Assembly (NCBI GenBank): GCA_010093605.1
Contig: MU004188.1
Span: 437,673-501,672, forward strand
Source of the DNA: Lophium mytilinum
Taxonomy: Eukaryota
DNA: 64,000 nucleotides
Reading direction: 5' to 3'
The notes under the pieces were generated by a model. That model was given only the letters and a program-made list of their open reading frames with translations. It searched no databases and had not been told where the DNA came from. Position numbers and translations under genes: made by a program. Within the stretch, counting starts at the first letter, position 1; each line of letters starts with the position of its first letter. This document shows positions 23,120-35,476 of this stretch, one piece after another.

Positions 23120-23255
23120 AAAAAACTCAAGCAGAAGCCTGAGAAAACCCTCAAGCGAGGATTTTTTTAAAATGGTTTGGGAGGTTGCGGGTAATCCGCA
23201 ACCTCAACGACCACAGACTCGTAACCATTGAGCCCGGCCCCGAAGGGCGGTGGCG
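23120..23255 (-). ncRNA. Putative Pol III structured RNA, unit 4
   Basis: TATAAAAA at 23272-23279, 31 nt before GCCC-TTCG-GGGC. A-box-like GGGCTCAATGG at 23225-23235. Hairpins GAGGTTGCGG-5nt-CCGCAACCTC, AAAATCCTC-GCTT-GAGGGTTTT and CTCAGGC-TTCT-GCTTGAG. T6 at 23120-23125 and B-box GGTTCGATTC at 23094-23103. Confidence 0.65.
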
Positions 23256-23519
23256 GCGCTGAATATCTGGGTTTTTATACTTAGTGGTGAGATCAGGTGA
23301 TAGGATCGTTTCTTATTTTACTAAGTACGAATTTCCTTCTCACATAGAAACCGAATCTCGGCTTAAGGTTACAACGATTTGCACTAGCTTGTTACAATAA
23401 CTTACTGGGCAAGATGTCGCTTTTTCAGTTGTCTTCTCACTTCAAATGGTTAGCTAATAGATCTTAATAGACCCTTTTATAAAGCTATTCCTATATCCTG
23501 ATTGATACCTCCCTTAAGG

Positions 23520-23590
23520 AAAATCAAAACGGGCGTGTCTCGCCTACTCCGCCAGCTCATCTTCATCCCGGAGCTACCTGGCAGTATCCC
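23520..23590 (-). pseudogene. C-terminal remnant of a fourth family B gene
   Basis: Translates as R*LRDEDELAE*AR, against MWLREDEVAEWA (B2) and RWVLDDELAEWA (B3). Confidence 0.5.
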
Positions 23591-23649
23591 GATTATCAGC
23601 TGTGCTAGGCCGAAGCATCCGACGCTCGCCCATCTAGCATATAGACTAT

Positions 23650-24747
23650 TAGTGCATAAGGCCCCCTTCGATATAGTGCACCTTCTTCCGGGCCTCGTAG
23701 TCTGCCTCATGCCGTCGTATGTCGATCATGATGCTCTTAGACTACTTCGATATCTCGTCTTCCCTTGCCAAGATCGAGTGCTCCTGAACACCAAAGCAAT
23801 CATCCGCAAGCCTTTTCGTCGGGGCCCTACCTTTCCACCATTCTCCTTCGTCATCTTCTCTATAAGTATTCGGATCCTCTCCCCGAGCATCCTCCAGAGG
23901 AACTTTTGTGGCTTTCCAAGGAAAACACCATAGCTTCACCGCATCCAAAGCCTCGCACTCACGCACGAGCTCTCTGAGTCCGAAGCAAATGGCATCCAGC
24001 ACACCCAGCTTTGTGTAGCAGACGTCGAGAAACGAAGGTGAAGGGTCAAGACCTGTAGACTCGAGTAGTGCTGAGCGAGATAGCGCAGGGAAAGTGTCTG
24101 CTTCGCGAACCTGAAACCATGCCACTTCTTGACGACTACGAGATTGTGACGTTGAGACTCCTTGCGGCCCCGACCGACGTCGGATGTGAGGGTCACGTGG
24201 GTCATGAGGCGGAAGCTAAAGTGGGTCATTAACATGTAAGAGGTGGGCCTAAATAGAAATGATTAGTATGGTCTGTCCCTCGTTGATACTCGCATGGTCA
24301 CTCACCTATTGCTTAGCCTGTCCTCGATTATGACCCTTCTTATCTATTCTGTACTCGCTTAAGTAGGGAGAACATGATGGTCGCACCGTCGCCTTGGTGT
24401 ACTCAATGCTCGTAGTGCTTCGGGTAGTGGCCAAAGGTATGCGAGTGTCACTGATGCACATGCTTGTGATATTGCTCCGGAGTAAGCTGTCATTTTGATC
24501 GCGGTGGGTCATCTTCGGGTTGTCTGCAGAGCCGATATTAATCTAGTGTGAGAGAAATCCACAAATAACAACCCAATCTAAACCGAACGTCGCGACCGCT
24601 TCCCGCATCACCGTTATACATGTGAGTTCAAGGCCAGAATACGCGACCGGCTACGGAAAACCTGAGGTATGAGTAGATGAGTCGTCGGAGTTCGAGAGGA
24701 ATTGCGTCTAAGAGGCTCGGTTGGTGATGCTACTCTGGTTTGGTCAT
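23650..24747 (-). pseudogene. F-box-like family B pseudogene (B1)
   Basis: Starts MTKPE*HHQPSLLDAIPLELRRLIYSYL. Later segments FRLMTHVTLTSDVGR, LSLRYLAQH and AREDEISK*SKSIMIDIRRH fall in different frames; there are stops and frameshifts. Confidence 0.75.
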
Positions 24748-25668
24748 GATTGGGGACAGCTTCAGGGTTGGTGTCAGGGGAGTGAAGTTTTTGAGGCGGT
24801 GGTGGAACGTGATGGGTTAGAGAACATGAGATTTTTTTGCAGAGGCCGAGGGCTCACGCCCATAATCTACTTGGAGTGAAAGCGCCTTGTCTAGTTGACT
24901 GAAACTAGAGGGTTAAATACTAATTTATTCGTCTTCCAGTATTGAATTTGAGAGGACTATCGTGTGGCTGAGTGGCTCGAACTGTAATGCTTCTGAACGT
25001 AGTGTGGCCGCAGAGGTCTGTAACCACCGACTACACGTAGGTCGCGCGTGATCGAGTCGCAAGGGAAGCATGTTATTCTTCTTTTGCTTTTGTTTCTACT
25101 TCTGCTGACTTGTACTGGGTGAATTGGCAGAATGAAAACGTAAGAGCGAGCGCGAATGCTCAGGAGTCAAGCCATTAGTCGCTTGTGTCTCTAGAAAAGG
25201 AACTAGGAGTTGATGGGAAACCACACGCAAAGACGTTCAAGTAGTATTGGAAGCTGTCATCATTCCTCAAGTATCGGGCGTCCCAAAAACTACGACCGAC
25301 AGCGAATCGTTGATAGATAGATATTGAGCGAGCTGAATAGTAGGACGAGCTTACTTTTCACCCCCCATTTCTCTATCCATCGCCCACACCCCATACTTTA
25401 GCTTGAGGTAAGTGTCCTTGCAAGAGGTAGCCCAAGTTCGAATGTGTTTACGAGAATTCAAGTGACAAGGTACGCGAATGAGGTACGAGCAGTGGAAAAT
25501 GGTCTTACCAGCCATAGATAAGCTTAAAGAAGGGGAAGCTACACAGAGAGAAAAGGGTGGCTTACGACGACGAAAAAGAATGACTATGGGTAGGCTCGCC
25601 CTGGAGCTTCCTAGCCTAGCTCATGTATCCCCATCCAAAGTAGTGACCGTTACATCCCACTGTACTCT

Positions 25669-26818
25669 CTATAAACCATAATCCCTCTTGTGATGCCGAA
25701 TATCCAGCATGACATCCATCGCCCACTCCGCTACCTCATCTTCCCTCAACCACATCGGGACCCCCCCGACATCGAGCACCCTCTGGACCGGAACCCCCTT
25801 CAATCCATCCTGAACCCCATACTCATCCACCTCCCACAGCTCCAGCGCCTCTACAGACGCGGCTGTCGGCTTCGGGTCCCAGGCCAGATACTGAAACCTC
25901 AAGGTCTGCAACTTCTCGCACTTTTGCACCAATTCCAGTAGGCTGAACGTAATGGCGTCGAGTCCGCTCATCTTCGTCTTTGTAAGTTTGGTTGCGGATG
26001 GTACAAACGTCAAACATATCAAATTCGGGCAGTGTTGTGCGATGTACCGAATCGAGAGCGCTTGTTTCGCCAAGTCAGTCCGATGCCATTTCTTGGTGAC
26101 GGAGGGAGGGTGCGGGTATCGCTCTCTCGCGCTGCTGCCGATACGGCTCGTGAGCGTGACACGGGTCATGAAGCGAAAGGGGAAAGGGGACAGCCTCATC
26201 GGTTCGCCAGTGACGGACTTCTTGGGTTTCCTGGGGAAATAAGATTGATTAGACTGTTTCCCCGGTCCATTTTCTAGGAGAGACTCACCAAGCTGACTTG
26301 CCCCTGGAAGTCCTCTCACTACTCAGTTGGTAGTTGAACACAACCTCGGCCTTCCGGACAATAAGCGAATACAGGTCCGCGGCGATGAACTTGTTCACAC
26401 ACAGTAACGCTCGCGCTCCCTTCAACGCCTCAAAGTTGTAGAAGAAGAAATGGCCATAGACATGATGGTTTGAATAGGACTCCATCTGGACCTGCAGGGC
26501 ATTTTCCATCGTGACAGCTGTCGGCACTTGTAGCAGAGAATCGCCGGGGTTCTTGAGTGTAATTGTGGTGAGCGTGCTCCATAAACACGTTTCGTATTGA
26601 CTCCTGTGGTTTTTCTCCCACCCTTCTTCGGCGATGATGTGGGCCCAGTGAGAGGGTACGTTGCAGTAAGTTCTCCAAAACGACTCTAGCGACATAGGGC
26701 AAGGTTGAAAGAATCGGCGGGCGACGGGAAGTCCAAGGTACGAGTATATACGCTGGCGAATCTCAAGGGGAAGAAGTTCCAGGCGACTCCATCGATATTC
26801 TGTTGCCTTTTTGGCCAT
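25669..26818 (-). CDS. F-box-like family B gene (B2), 2 exons
   Basis: SRLELLPLEIRQRIYSYL. A 58-nt intron at 26288-26231 (GTGAGT...CTAAT...CAG) joins ORFs 26285..26818 and 25669..26319 in frame. Confidence 0.85.
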
Positions 26819-27521
26819 GTCTAGACTTTGATTGTTGAAAGATGGCCCGTGTCTAAGGCGTTGATCGACAGTGGTAAGTATGTAGTGACGGCAAGTTGCC
26901 CGGTGGCTTGTAGTGTATAATTATAGATTTCTGAAGACTAGTAGAAATACTGAATTCTTCACGCAGATGTATGATCGAAGTATGAAAGTAGGAAGCAACG
27001 CAAGAACGCGAGATGACAGACATCTAACAGGCAGTTGCCTCCAACCCTGGAGGAACTGAAAGCCTTTTGCATAGAACTATTCCGCAGCGTCTAACGGAAA
27101 GCCCGATACTGTTGATGTTACCTTCCGCTAAGGAGAAAGGGGGTTCTCATCCCGGCGACGCTTGTTGGCAGCTGCTGTCCACGCGAATCTCGACGAGTAA
27201 CCAACTCCAGACGCGAGGTAGGCACTGAAGCTAAACTGATTAACCTGATTAGCTGGTATATGCTGTAGAGAAGGGACTGAGGTTTGCAAAGGACTTTGCA
27301 GATGCTGAGAGCCAGCCAATTCCAATTCACTTCCACGCTGCAAATAACACGCAGTCACTCCCAAGTTGCGACCTCGTCATTCACTGAGCTTAACACGTCA
27401 GTCGAAGTACTTAAACCCCAAATAGAGAACGAGATGCCTCATCTTTCTCACACACACCCTCCCCGTCTACCACACCTACCACACCTACCACCATCCAGTC
27501 CATCCTTCCAAATCAACAACC

Positions 27522-28707
27522 ATGCCAAAGAAGCAGACGGTATATCGCCCGAGCCGCCTCGAACTCCTCCCTCTCGAGCTCAGAGAGGAAATTTATTCCC
27601 ACCTGGGCCTCCCAATCCGCCATCGCTACCCTGTGACCTGCCGCAGCTCTGATCGGGATCAAGATTGCGAAGATCCCTTCCACAATGGACATTTCGACCC
27701 TAAGAACGACCGTTTTATCCGGAGCCTCCTCACGTCCATCACTTTCGTCGACCCCGGCAAAGGATGGGAACCCGGCTACGGTTGGGGAAGTGCTGAATTC
27801 GCGCGCGTACTGGAGACTTCGAGCCACGAGCGGTACGAAGACGGCGATACGCTACATTTGTCCGAGTATCGGGCCATCGGTGCCTTGGTCTGCACGAACA
27901 AGTTCATCGCCGCCGACGTGTATACCCTGCTGTTCAGCAAGGTCGAAATGATCTTCAACTTTCAGCTTTCCAACAAGGCGGTGTTCAATTATCATAAGGG
28001 ATGGCCTCGGGGCGACTTCATCCCATGTGAAGGAGAGAAGAAGAATGGACATTACCCGCCGGAGGGGAAGACCCAGGTGTAAGTTGCTCATCGGAATGGC
28101 ACATCTCCACTCCAAAGACCTTAAATACTAATCCGTATCCAGGGTTCCTTACCGGATGCAGCTGAGCCCTTTCCCGTTCTTATTCATGACGCACGTAACT
28201 CTCACAGGCAGCCTTGGCCGCTCATTCCACGAAGAAATCCCACATCCCTACTTGATGTCACGCAGACAGCGCCGGGACAAGTTGGCCAAGAAAGCTCTGT
28301 CCATCCGCTACGTGGCCCAGAATTGTCCGCAGCTGGAGTCTTTGACGCTGTCATTCTCCCATTACGAACGTGACCAGGGGAGGTTGAAGAAGAGCTACTT
28401 CGAAGCCACCCAATTGGCTTTGAGGGAGGTAGCGCGGATGTGTGATTGCCTGAAGACGGTCAAGATCCAGGTTTTTCGAAAGACCACTTCTACTGAGCAT
28501 GGTGTCGTCAGTCTGCTGGATAGGGACGATTACCAGTGGACCGAGAAGCGTTTCAAGACCAAAGGGGTGCCGCGCTGGGTCTTGGACGATGAGCTGGCTG
28601 AATGGGCGAGCGGTGTCCTGACGGAGTTTTGGCGTTATGAAGGGGAAGTGACGGAGCATTACCGCCAAGAACAACTTCGCCAAGCACGGCTTGGTGGATC
28701 TTGGTAG
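27522..28707 (+). CDS. F-box-like family B gene (B3), 2 exons, divergently transcribed from B2
   Basis: SRLELLPLELREEIYSHL. A 64-nt intron at 28079-28142 (GTAAGT...CTAAT...CAG) restores the frame. Shares NKFIAAD, LSPFPF.FMT.VTLT and LSIRY.AQ.CP.L with B2. Confidence 0.85.
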
Positions 28708-29025
28708 AGAAGGACCTAGGTATGGATAGCGGTCTTAGTTCTGTGTTGCATTCCGCTCCTAATTCTCTCTATGTGGTTTCCCTCGTAACATGGGTTGGGT
28801 AGCCAGAGATCCTAACTGTCGAGGCTTACGAGGAATATGAAGGCTCCAATTTGCTTTCAAGTAGCTGAATATACAAATGATCTTCCAATTTTCGCCACTA
28901 ATGTAAATTTGCTGGGGTTACAGCGCGACTATAACGAACAGGAGGGGTTGACAGAGAGCCAGAGTGCTGATCACATGAGTCCTACCATGATACCTAACCT
29001 GCATCGTCCCAACCTGATCTCTGGA

Positions 29026-32000
29026 CTAAGACCGAGAGTCGGTGGTTGCGGAAATGGTCAGGATGTCTTCCAGGACCTTCCTTGGGTCAATTTCGGCGTT
29101 GGCGTCGAGAAACTCACGAGCAATTTGTTCCTAGTAAGTCCATCAGCAAACAAGGCGGTGATTATAACAAGCATCATGGTACTCACTGCATCTTCGAGCT
29201 CTACCATCTCCGTGTCAGGCATCACGGCGCATGCGGCAACGAGATCTTCCCCTTTCGCTGCTAGAAGAATGAGCTCCTCGGCGCGTCTGACCACATCTGG
29301 TGGAACTCCATTCATTGCGGCGCAGCTAGTAAGTAGTTAATATTCGTTGGCGTCTGGAAGGGATCAAGGCGCACCATGTTCCGAAACTCGAAGTACTGCG
29401 CCCTTCGCGGAAACTGTAAGCGTTAGCAACAGAAAGTGAATTCCAGAACCTTCTATTACTTGTACAGGTATGTTATTTGATCGTCGACCTCGGAGGCGCT
29501 GGTGTCGACTCGCACTTCCATGTGACCGAATGCCAAGGACGGACGAGGCTTTAAGAATCCATTTTCGAATATTTCTGGAAAGAAAGTCAGAGTGTAGGTG
29601 GAACACCGTAAGGTTTATTACCATGGAAATGCGTCGCTCCGAGAACCTTCGGGCTTTCTCTACCGAGCCTAAGCAGATACTCCAGGACTCCGCAAGCAAG
29701 GCCAGCGCCATCTGCGATCCGTCAATGATAACCCTTTACTGCCATTCGACCAGAGCTTACCGCTAGACTCCGTGCCTTTTCCAAATTCGTCGATGATGAG
29801 CAGACTGTGTCGAGTAGCTAAACTTAGAGCAAGGGAAATCTGTTGGAGGTCGATCATGAAGGCACTCTGAATCTGGGAATGTTTAGTAGTTGGTTGGCCA
29901 AGGGCAGTGGCATTCGGCTCACCCTGGAGACAGTCTCACGGGTGGACACTCGAGTCAATATCTTGTCCGTGAGCCCAATCTTGGCACTCTCCGCAGGCAC
30001 AAAACTGATACCGTCAGGGTCGCTCATCATACAGGATATTGGGCCCCTACCTTCCAACATGCGCCAAGAATACGATCAACGCCACTTGCTTCAAATAAAC
30101 GCTTTTACCAGAGAAGTTCGGTCCAGTGAGAATGAGTAGGCTTGCCCCATCTCCGCCAGTTGTAGATGGCTGGCCTGAGGCCCTCTGCGGCGCATGCGAG
30201 CTACGATCTGCGGCGGGTTCGAGGCTGTCTTCTCCCATATCGTCGTATCCGGGACCACCAGCGAGGTTAGTGTCGTTCGCAACAAAAGACGGCACCGTAA
30301 GCTCTTGCAGGATATGCCGTCCACCTCTTATCTTGACCACATTATCTTTTGTTAGCTTAGGCCTTACCAGCCTGTACATCTTTGCGCCCTGAGCTAGCGC
30401 CAGGAGACTGTCCAATTTGCCGCAGATATCCGAGGCGACGGTGAGTAGCTCTTCGTACTCGAGTACAAATTGAGCAAGGTCATGACTGATTTCAATCTCC
30501 CTGTCAGAGATGATACCGTGTAGATCGCCGAAATGATCATCCATTTCGCGCATTTCATTGTTCTTGAAGTAAACCTGCTCTTCTGTTGAAAACATCTGCT
30601 CCCATGGGTTCTCAATCCCGCCTTGGTATACGCCTCCGCCGGTAGCATGGTTACGCGGAACTGTAGTAAGGAAGCCAATCTGGGGAAAATAGATGACATT
30701 CAAGGTTTCATGCAGCTCGGCTGGAATACTCTCCGATAATTTGCGGGCCACTTGGCTGAGAAGGGCATCAAGCCCGTCGAATGTGCGTTTCATCTGGTCA
30801 AGCTCTTCGTCCACCCCAGGCATGATGACAGTACGGAGCTCATCTGTCGACCTCTCAAAGTCCACAACTTCGCTGATCTTTCTTCCAACTTGGCTGAAAT
30901 GATAGGGATCGACTTTTTCAAAAATCTTTGCCCGGATTGCAAGCCTTTCTCCGCCTGTCACGTCCTGGAATGTGTCTTTGATCTTCAAAGCGTGATACAC
31001 AAACTACGTTGTGTCAGAGACCTAGGACGTATAAGCCAGTTGTGGAGCCTTACCAGTCTGATTCCTGCCCAAATACTCTTCGCAATGCCGCCTCCTTTGG
31101 CAGGACCTCCGCCGACACCCTTGCGCAAGTTGATCATGATTACTCGGATATTCTTTATAGACTGTAATGATTTAACGAGCATTTCCAGCGGCTCGGCATT
31201 TTCTGGGCGAACGAAAATGCTGATAGTTTCGAGACGCTCATGAATGACATCGAGGTTGAGGCTGGGTCGGAGAAAATATTGCCGTAGTAGGTATTTCCCT
31301 TGTGGCGTTCGGGCGAGATGGTGGAACAACCCATACACAGAAAGACCCTCCTTCGAGCCAGATGAACCTTTCGTTGGGCCTTGATTGTGGGTATGCGGAT
31401 GCGATTCCGATTGCAATATCTGCAAAGACTGCAAAGTATCGGCGTTGATGAACCTAGGAAACGGTAAGTAGTGGCTACCACGTCTAGACTGTCGGACATA
31501 CATGGTATCCCGCAGTGTAAACATCTCAAGTGTAGAGATCCGGAATACGAGATGGGCAGCCTTGTCACCCGGTAGGAACCCAGCTGCTCTTCTTCTCTGG
31601 AGGTATGATATCAGAGCTCCTGCGCAGCCGACCTAGAAGCGTGAGCGACGTTGTTATGTTACTCCGGAGAAAGCACTTACAGTCAGGCGACTCTCCACGT
31701 CGATCCATCCCGACAGCCTCAAAAGCTGCTCATGACGGCCTATAAATCCTCCTCCATCATCAGCCCCCTCTGCCGCTATAACATCTCCTGGGACAATGAA
31801 CGTGACTTGTGGTCCGCCGTCATCGCCAAGTTTGAGGTTTACGAGCTTATTCTTCGCGGCGTCATAGCTGAACTCGGAGGATGGGCGAACTTCGAGTAGG
31901 TATGGGAGGCGAAAAGGATCGTCTGGTCTGTGTCAGCTTGGGAAGGTCGAAAGTTGAAGGTGAAGTCAATGCCTACTTGATCCGTCAATGGATGTCGAGC

Positions 32001-32537
32001 CTCTAGCTTCAGGATCTAATCGATCTATGACAGCATCGTCAGCTCTCGCAGATACGAGGACTACGGTAGGTTCAATGAAAGACTTCACTAGTAAGTAGTC
32101 AGCAGCATGTACTGGAAAGATTGGGCAGCTTTACAAGCATCGACCACGTCAACACCTCCGAGTTTGACATCCTCCATGAAATATAGTTTCTCATCCCTAG
32201 CCACATAGTAGCAACATCCCACAGTCCCTCTTTCTCTGAGATCCACGGCCATCATGACCTCATTTAGAGCATCGGCATCGGGCGGGTCGTTTTCGACATC
32301 ATCGTGAGCGACCTCGGCCTGCTGGTCTTCCAAGGCAGACTCGGCAATTGATTCTGGCTGGGTACTACGATGCGGCGTCTGGATTTGAACTCTTCGCTGG
32401 GCGGGCGTTGCTGAGGATGCCGTTTTCGACGGATTGACGGATGACCTGGAGCCTGACCTGAACCGACCACGCTCTCGCTGTGACGAGGTCTGCGACCGGT
32501 CGACTTTCCGCTTGCCTTTTGGGATCCTGAATGCCAT
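29026..32537 (-). CDS. MSH5: Meiotic MutS homolog 5 (multi-exon)
   Basis: [34 protein letters not shown] and [12 protein letters not shown]. No mismatch-recognition N-terminal motif seen; many short introns. Confidence 0.9.
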
Positions 32538-32947
32538 TTTTGCGTGAGGAAAGGAGAGAGTGTTGAGGCGGAGGAATGATATTGGGATGGGAAGGCTAAC
32601 GTTGAAAAAGAGTTTAGAGATTGAAGACGCCGAGGCTGACGTCGCGTGGGCATTGCGAAAGCTAAACAGAAGCACACCACCACGTTTGAAATACGAAATA
32701 GATTCTTGTCTTAACACTCATTAGTGGTATGTTTATCATTATGTAGTTATGCACAACCGTTTTGTATGCCTATTGAGCGGAGAGGACTCGTCATGTGGCA
32801 TCTACAACCTTACGCCAGCAATGCAGCTTGAGTACGAAACTAATACAAACCAGTCCTACATGTTATACAAAGCATTTTACAGAGAAAAGAAAAGAACCTA
32901 TGGTTGAGCCATAACTTTAGACAGTCTCGCGGTGTGAGTGCCTAGCC

Positions 32948-35326
32948 TCAGGATGGGACTGGCTGCACCTCTAACGCGGCACCATCGTCCTGTATAGTGA
33001 CCTTTGCAACATCACCCCCTTTGACCTCACCACGGATGATCTTGTCCGCAAGCCCGTTCCCGATTTGCTTCGCGATCAGGCGATTGAGGGGACGGGCGCC
33101 GAACCTGGGGTCGTATCCTCGGTCACAAAGCCATTGCTTCACGTTATCAGATACGTCCAGAGTGATGCGACGATCATCCAGTCGCTGCTGCAACTCTTTC
33201 AATCGAATGTCTACGATGTCACGAAGAGCTGCACGGGAAAGTCTTCGGAAGAGAATAAACTCGTCGATACGATTCAGGAACTCAGGGGGGTATGAGGAGG
33301 CCACAACGTCCATCACAGCTTCCTTGGTCTTTGGAGAAATCTGATCATCATCTTCAGGAGTCTTAGATCTGTGAAGCATGTCTTCGCCAACGATGATGTC
33401 GGCTCCTAAATTCGAAGTCAAGACGATAATTGTGTTCCGGAAATCGATCTTGTGGCCTTGAGAGTCGGTCAAGAAACCCTCGTCGAGGACCTGGAGAAGG
33501 AGCGCCGATATGTCGCGATGAGCTTTTTCGAACTCATCAAACAACAACACTGCGTAAGGCTTTCTTCGAACAGCCTCGGTGAGTTGTCCCGCATCGTCGT
33601 ATCCAACATAGCCTGCAGGACTTCCTATGAGCCTGCTTATCGTGTGTTTTTCCTGGAATTCGCTCATATCAAACCGGACGACGGCTGTTTCGGTGGAGAA
33701 GAGGAAGTTTGCCATTTTCTTGCACAGCTCGGTCTTGCCAACACCAGTCGGGCCCAAGAACATGAAGCTAGCTAGAGGGCGGTTGTCTCCACTGAGTCCT
33801 GCTCGCTGCATACGAACAGCATTGGCGACCGCTGTTAGGGCTTCGTCCTGACCGCGCACGTGCTGTCGAAGAGACTCTTCCATATGGATCAGCTTTTCGA
33901 CCTCGCCTGCCATGAGCTTTGTGACTGGGATGCCAGTCGTTCGGCTCACAACACCAGCGATATCATCTGCGGTGACGGAGTCGTGTATGAGCGTGTCGGA
34001 TGATTTTCCACCAGCGTCGTCCTCGCTTTGCAACTTGCGTTCGAGTTCCGGGATCTGCGAATACCTCAGCTCGCCGGCTCTACCAAAGTTTCCTTCTCGC
34101 TGGGCTTTCTCAAGCTCAAGCTTCGCCTTTTCCAAATTCTCTTGTGCATTCTTGATTTCTTCGATCTCGGCCCGCTCCTTTTCCCACTTGTCCATCAAGG
34201 TCTTGACCTCCTCTTGCTTTGATTTGAGGGTGCTCTCTAGCTTTTCCCGTCTCTCTTTACTAGCTATGTCGGTCTCTTTGCGCAGCGACTCAAGCTCAAT
34301 TTGAATAGTCATAATCTGTCGATCAAGCTCTTGGATTGCATCTGGTTTACTTTCTTGTTGCAAACGGAGCGCACTGGCCGCTTCGTCCACCAGATCGATA
34401 GCTTTGTCTGGAAGGAAGCGATCGGTTATGTAGCGATTACTATATGTCGCAGCAGCGACAAGAGCCCCATCGGTTATTCGCACACCGTGGTGAACTTCGT
34501 ATCGCTCCTTGATGCCTCGAAGAATGGATATCGTATCCGGAACACTCGGCTCGCCGACAATGACAGGCTGAAACCTCCTCGCAAGGGCCACATCTTTCTC
34601 AATCATCCTATATTCGTTGAGCGTAGTAGCACCGCAGCATTGCAGCTCTCCGCGGGAAAGAGCGGGCTTTAGAAGATTGCTGGCATCAATGCTGCCTTCC
34701 GCTTTGCCTAGGCCCAGCAAAATATGTAGCTCATCGACGAAAAGTATAACACCACCCTTCGCATCTTCCACTTCCTTCAACACCTTCTTAAGCCTCTCTT
34801 CAAAGTCTCCTCGAAACTTAGCTCCAGCTATGAGCTGGCCCAGGTCCAACGAGATCACCCGTTTCTCCTTTATAGACTCTGGCACATCGCCCTGCACAAT
34901 TCTTTGCGCGAGACCCTCAAGAATAGCTGTTTTCCCTGTGCCCGCAGCTCCAATCAGAACTGGGTTGTTCTTCGTCCGTCGCGATAGAATCTGTATTGTG
35001 CGGTGTATCTCGGCGGCTCTTCCAATTACGGGATCTAGTTTTCCGTCCCTTGCGCGCGCGGTGAGGTCGACGCCGTATTCTTCTAACGCAGACTTCTCGG
35101 GCTCGCCACCCAAGTCCATTCGATGGGTACCACCTGGGGGTTGCGGTCGACCCCTAGCGTAGAATCGCGCGGCTGTTGTTGGTAACAAACCATTGCTTGA
35201 GAAGATCGGTCTGATCGAGACAGGATGGGTATATAGGGCGGAAGCGCGGGCAGCTTGTAATCTAGAGGTCCTTGGAAGAGGTGTTGAGAGCCGTCTTGCA
35301 GCAACTTGCGCTCTGCTGGACAACAT
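32948..35326 (-). CDS. HSP78: Mitochondrial ClpB-type disaggregase
   Basis: Two AAA+ modules ([16 protein letters not shown]), coiled-coil middle domain, SPAGYVGY pore loop, a presequence, and no Clp N-domain. Confidence 0.95.
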   Translation of the reverse strand: MLSSRAQVAARRLSTPLPRTSRLQAARASALYTHPVSIRPIFSSNGLLPTTAARFYARGRPQPPGGTHRMDLGGEPEKSALEEYGVDLTARARDGKLDPVIGRAAEIHRTIQILSRRTKNNPVLIGAAGTGKTAILEGLAQRIVQGDVPESIKEKRVISLDLGQLIAGAKFRGDFEERLKKVLKEVEDAKGGVILFVDELHILLGLGKAEGSIDASNLLKPALSRGELQCCGATTLNEYRMIEKDVALARRFQPVIVGEPSVPDTISILRGIKERYEVHHGVRITDGALVAAATYSNRYITDRFLPDKAIDLVDEAASALRLQQESKPDAIQELDRQIMTIQIELESLRKETDIASKERREKLESTLKSKQEEVKTLMDKWEKERAEIEEIKNAQENLEKAKLELEKAQREGNFGRAGELRYSQIPELERKLQSEDDAGGKSSDTLIHDSVTADDIAGVVSRTTGIPVTKLMAGEVEKLIHMEESLRQHVRGQDEALTAVANAVRMQRAGLSGDNRPLASFMFLGPTGVGKTELCKKMANFLFSTETAVVRFDMSEFQEKHTISRLIGSPAGYVGYDDAGQLTEAVRRKPYAVLLFDEFEKAHRDISALLLQVLDEGFLTDSQGHKIDFRNTIIVLTSNLGADIIVGEDMLHRSKTPEDDDQISPKTKEAVMDVVASSYPPEFLNRIDEFILFRRLSRAALRDIVDIRLKELQQRLDDRRITLDVSDNVKQWLCDRGYDPRFGARPLNRLIAKQIGNGLADKIIRGEVKGGDVAKVTIQDDGAALEVQPVPS

Positions 35327-35461
35327 GGTTATGGCGTGCAGTTAGCAGAGTAGGCGGGGAGTCACAGAAACTGGCGCTTTGGCAAGAGGACCATGACTTT
35401 TATAGCCTTCAATGGGCAACGTGATCTATACAAACCTCCAGTCAGTCGATGGCTCGAGTCT

Positions 35462-35476
35462 TTTCGAGGATGTTCT
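35462..35476. promoter_or_regulatory. Candidate heat-shock element for HSP78
   Basis: TTTCG-AGGAT-GTTCT gives alternating nTTCn/nGAAn units with one mismatch, about 60 bp upstream of a TATAAA (- strand, 35398-35403). Confidence 0.45.

Noticed and set aside
22404..23255. U6, U5 or telomerase RNA identity for the array
   Set aside because: No ACAGAGA box, no exact GCCUUUUAC loop, the Sm-like U-run is paired and not conserved in unit 4, and there is no TTAGGG template.
22378..23279. CRISPR-like repeat-spacer array
   Set aside because: Eukaryotic context, no cas genes, units are long and diverged, and each has its own promoter elements.
5011..28707. Starship or other giant mobile element carrying the F-box-like clusters
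   Set aside because: No tyrosine-recombinase captain or boundary repeats are visible, and the clusters are interleaved with core genes.
32997..35304. Antisense ORFs over HSP78 and other long genes
   Set aside because: These are shadow frames of real coding sequence.
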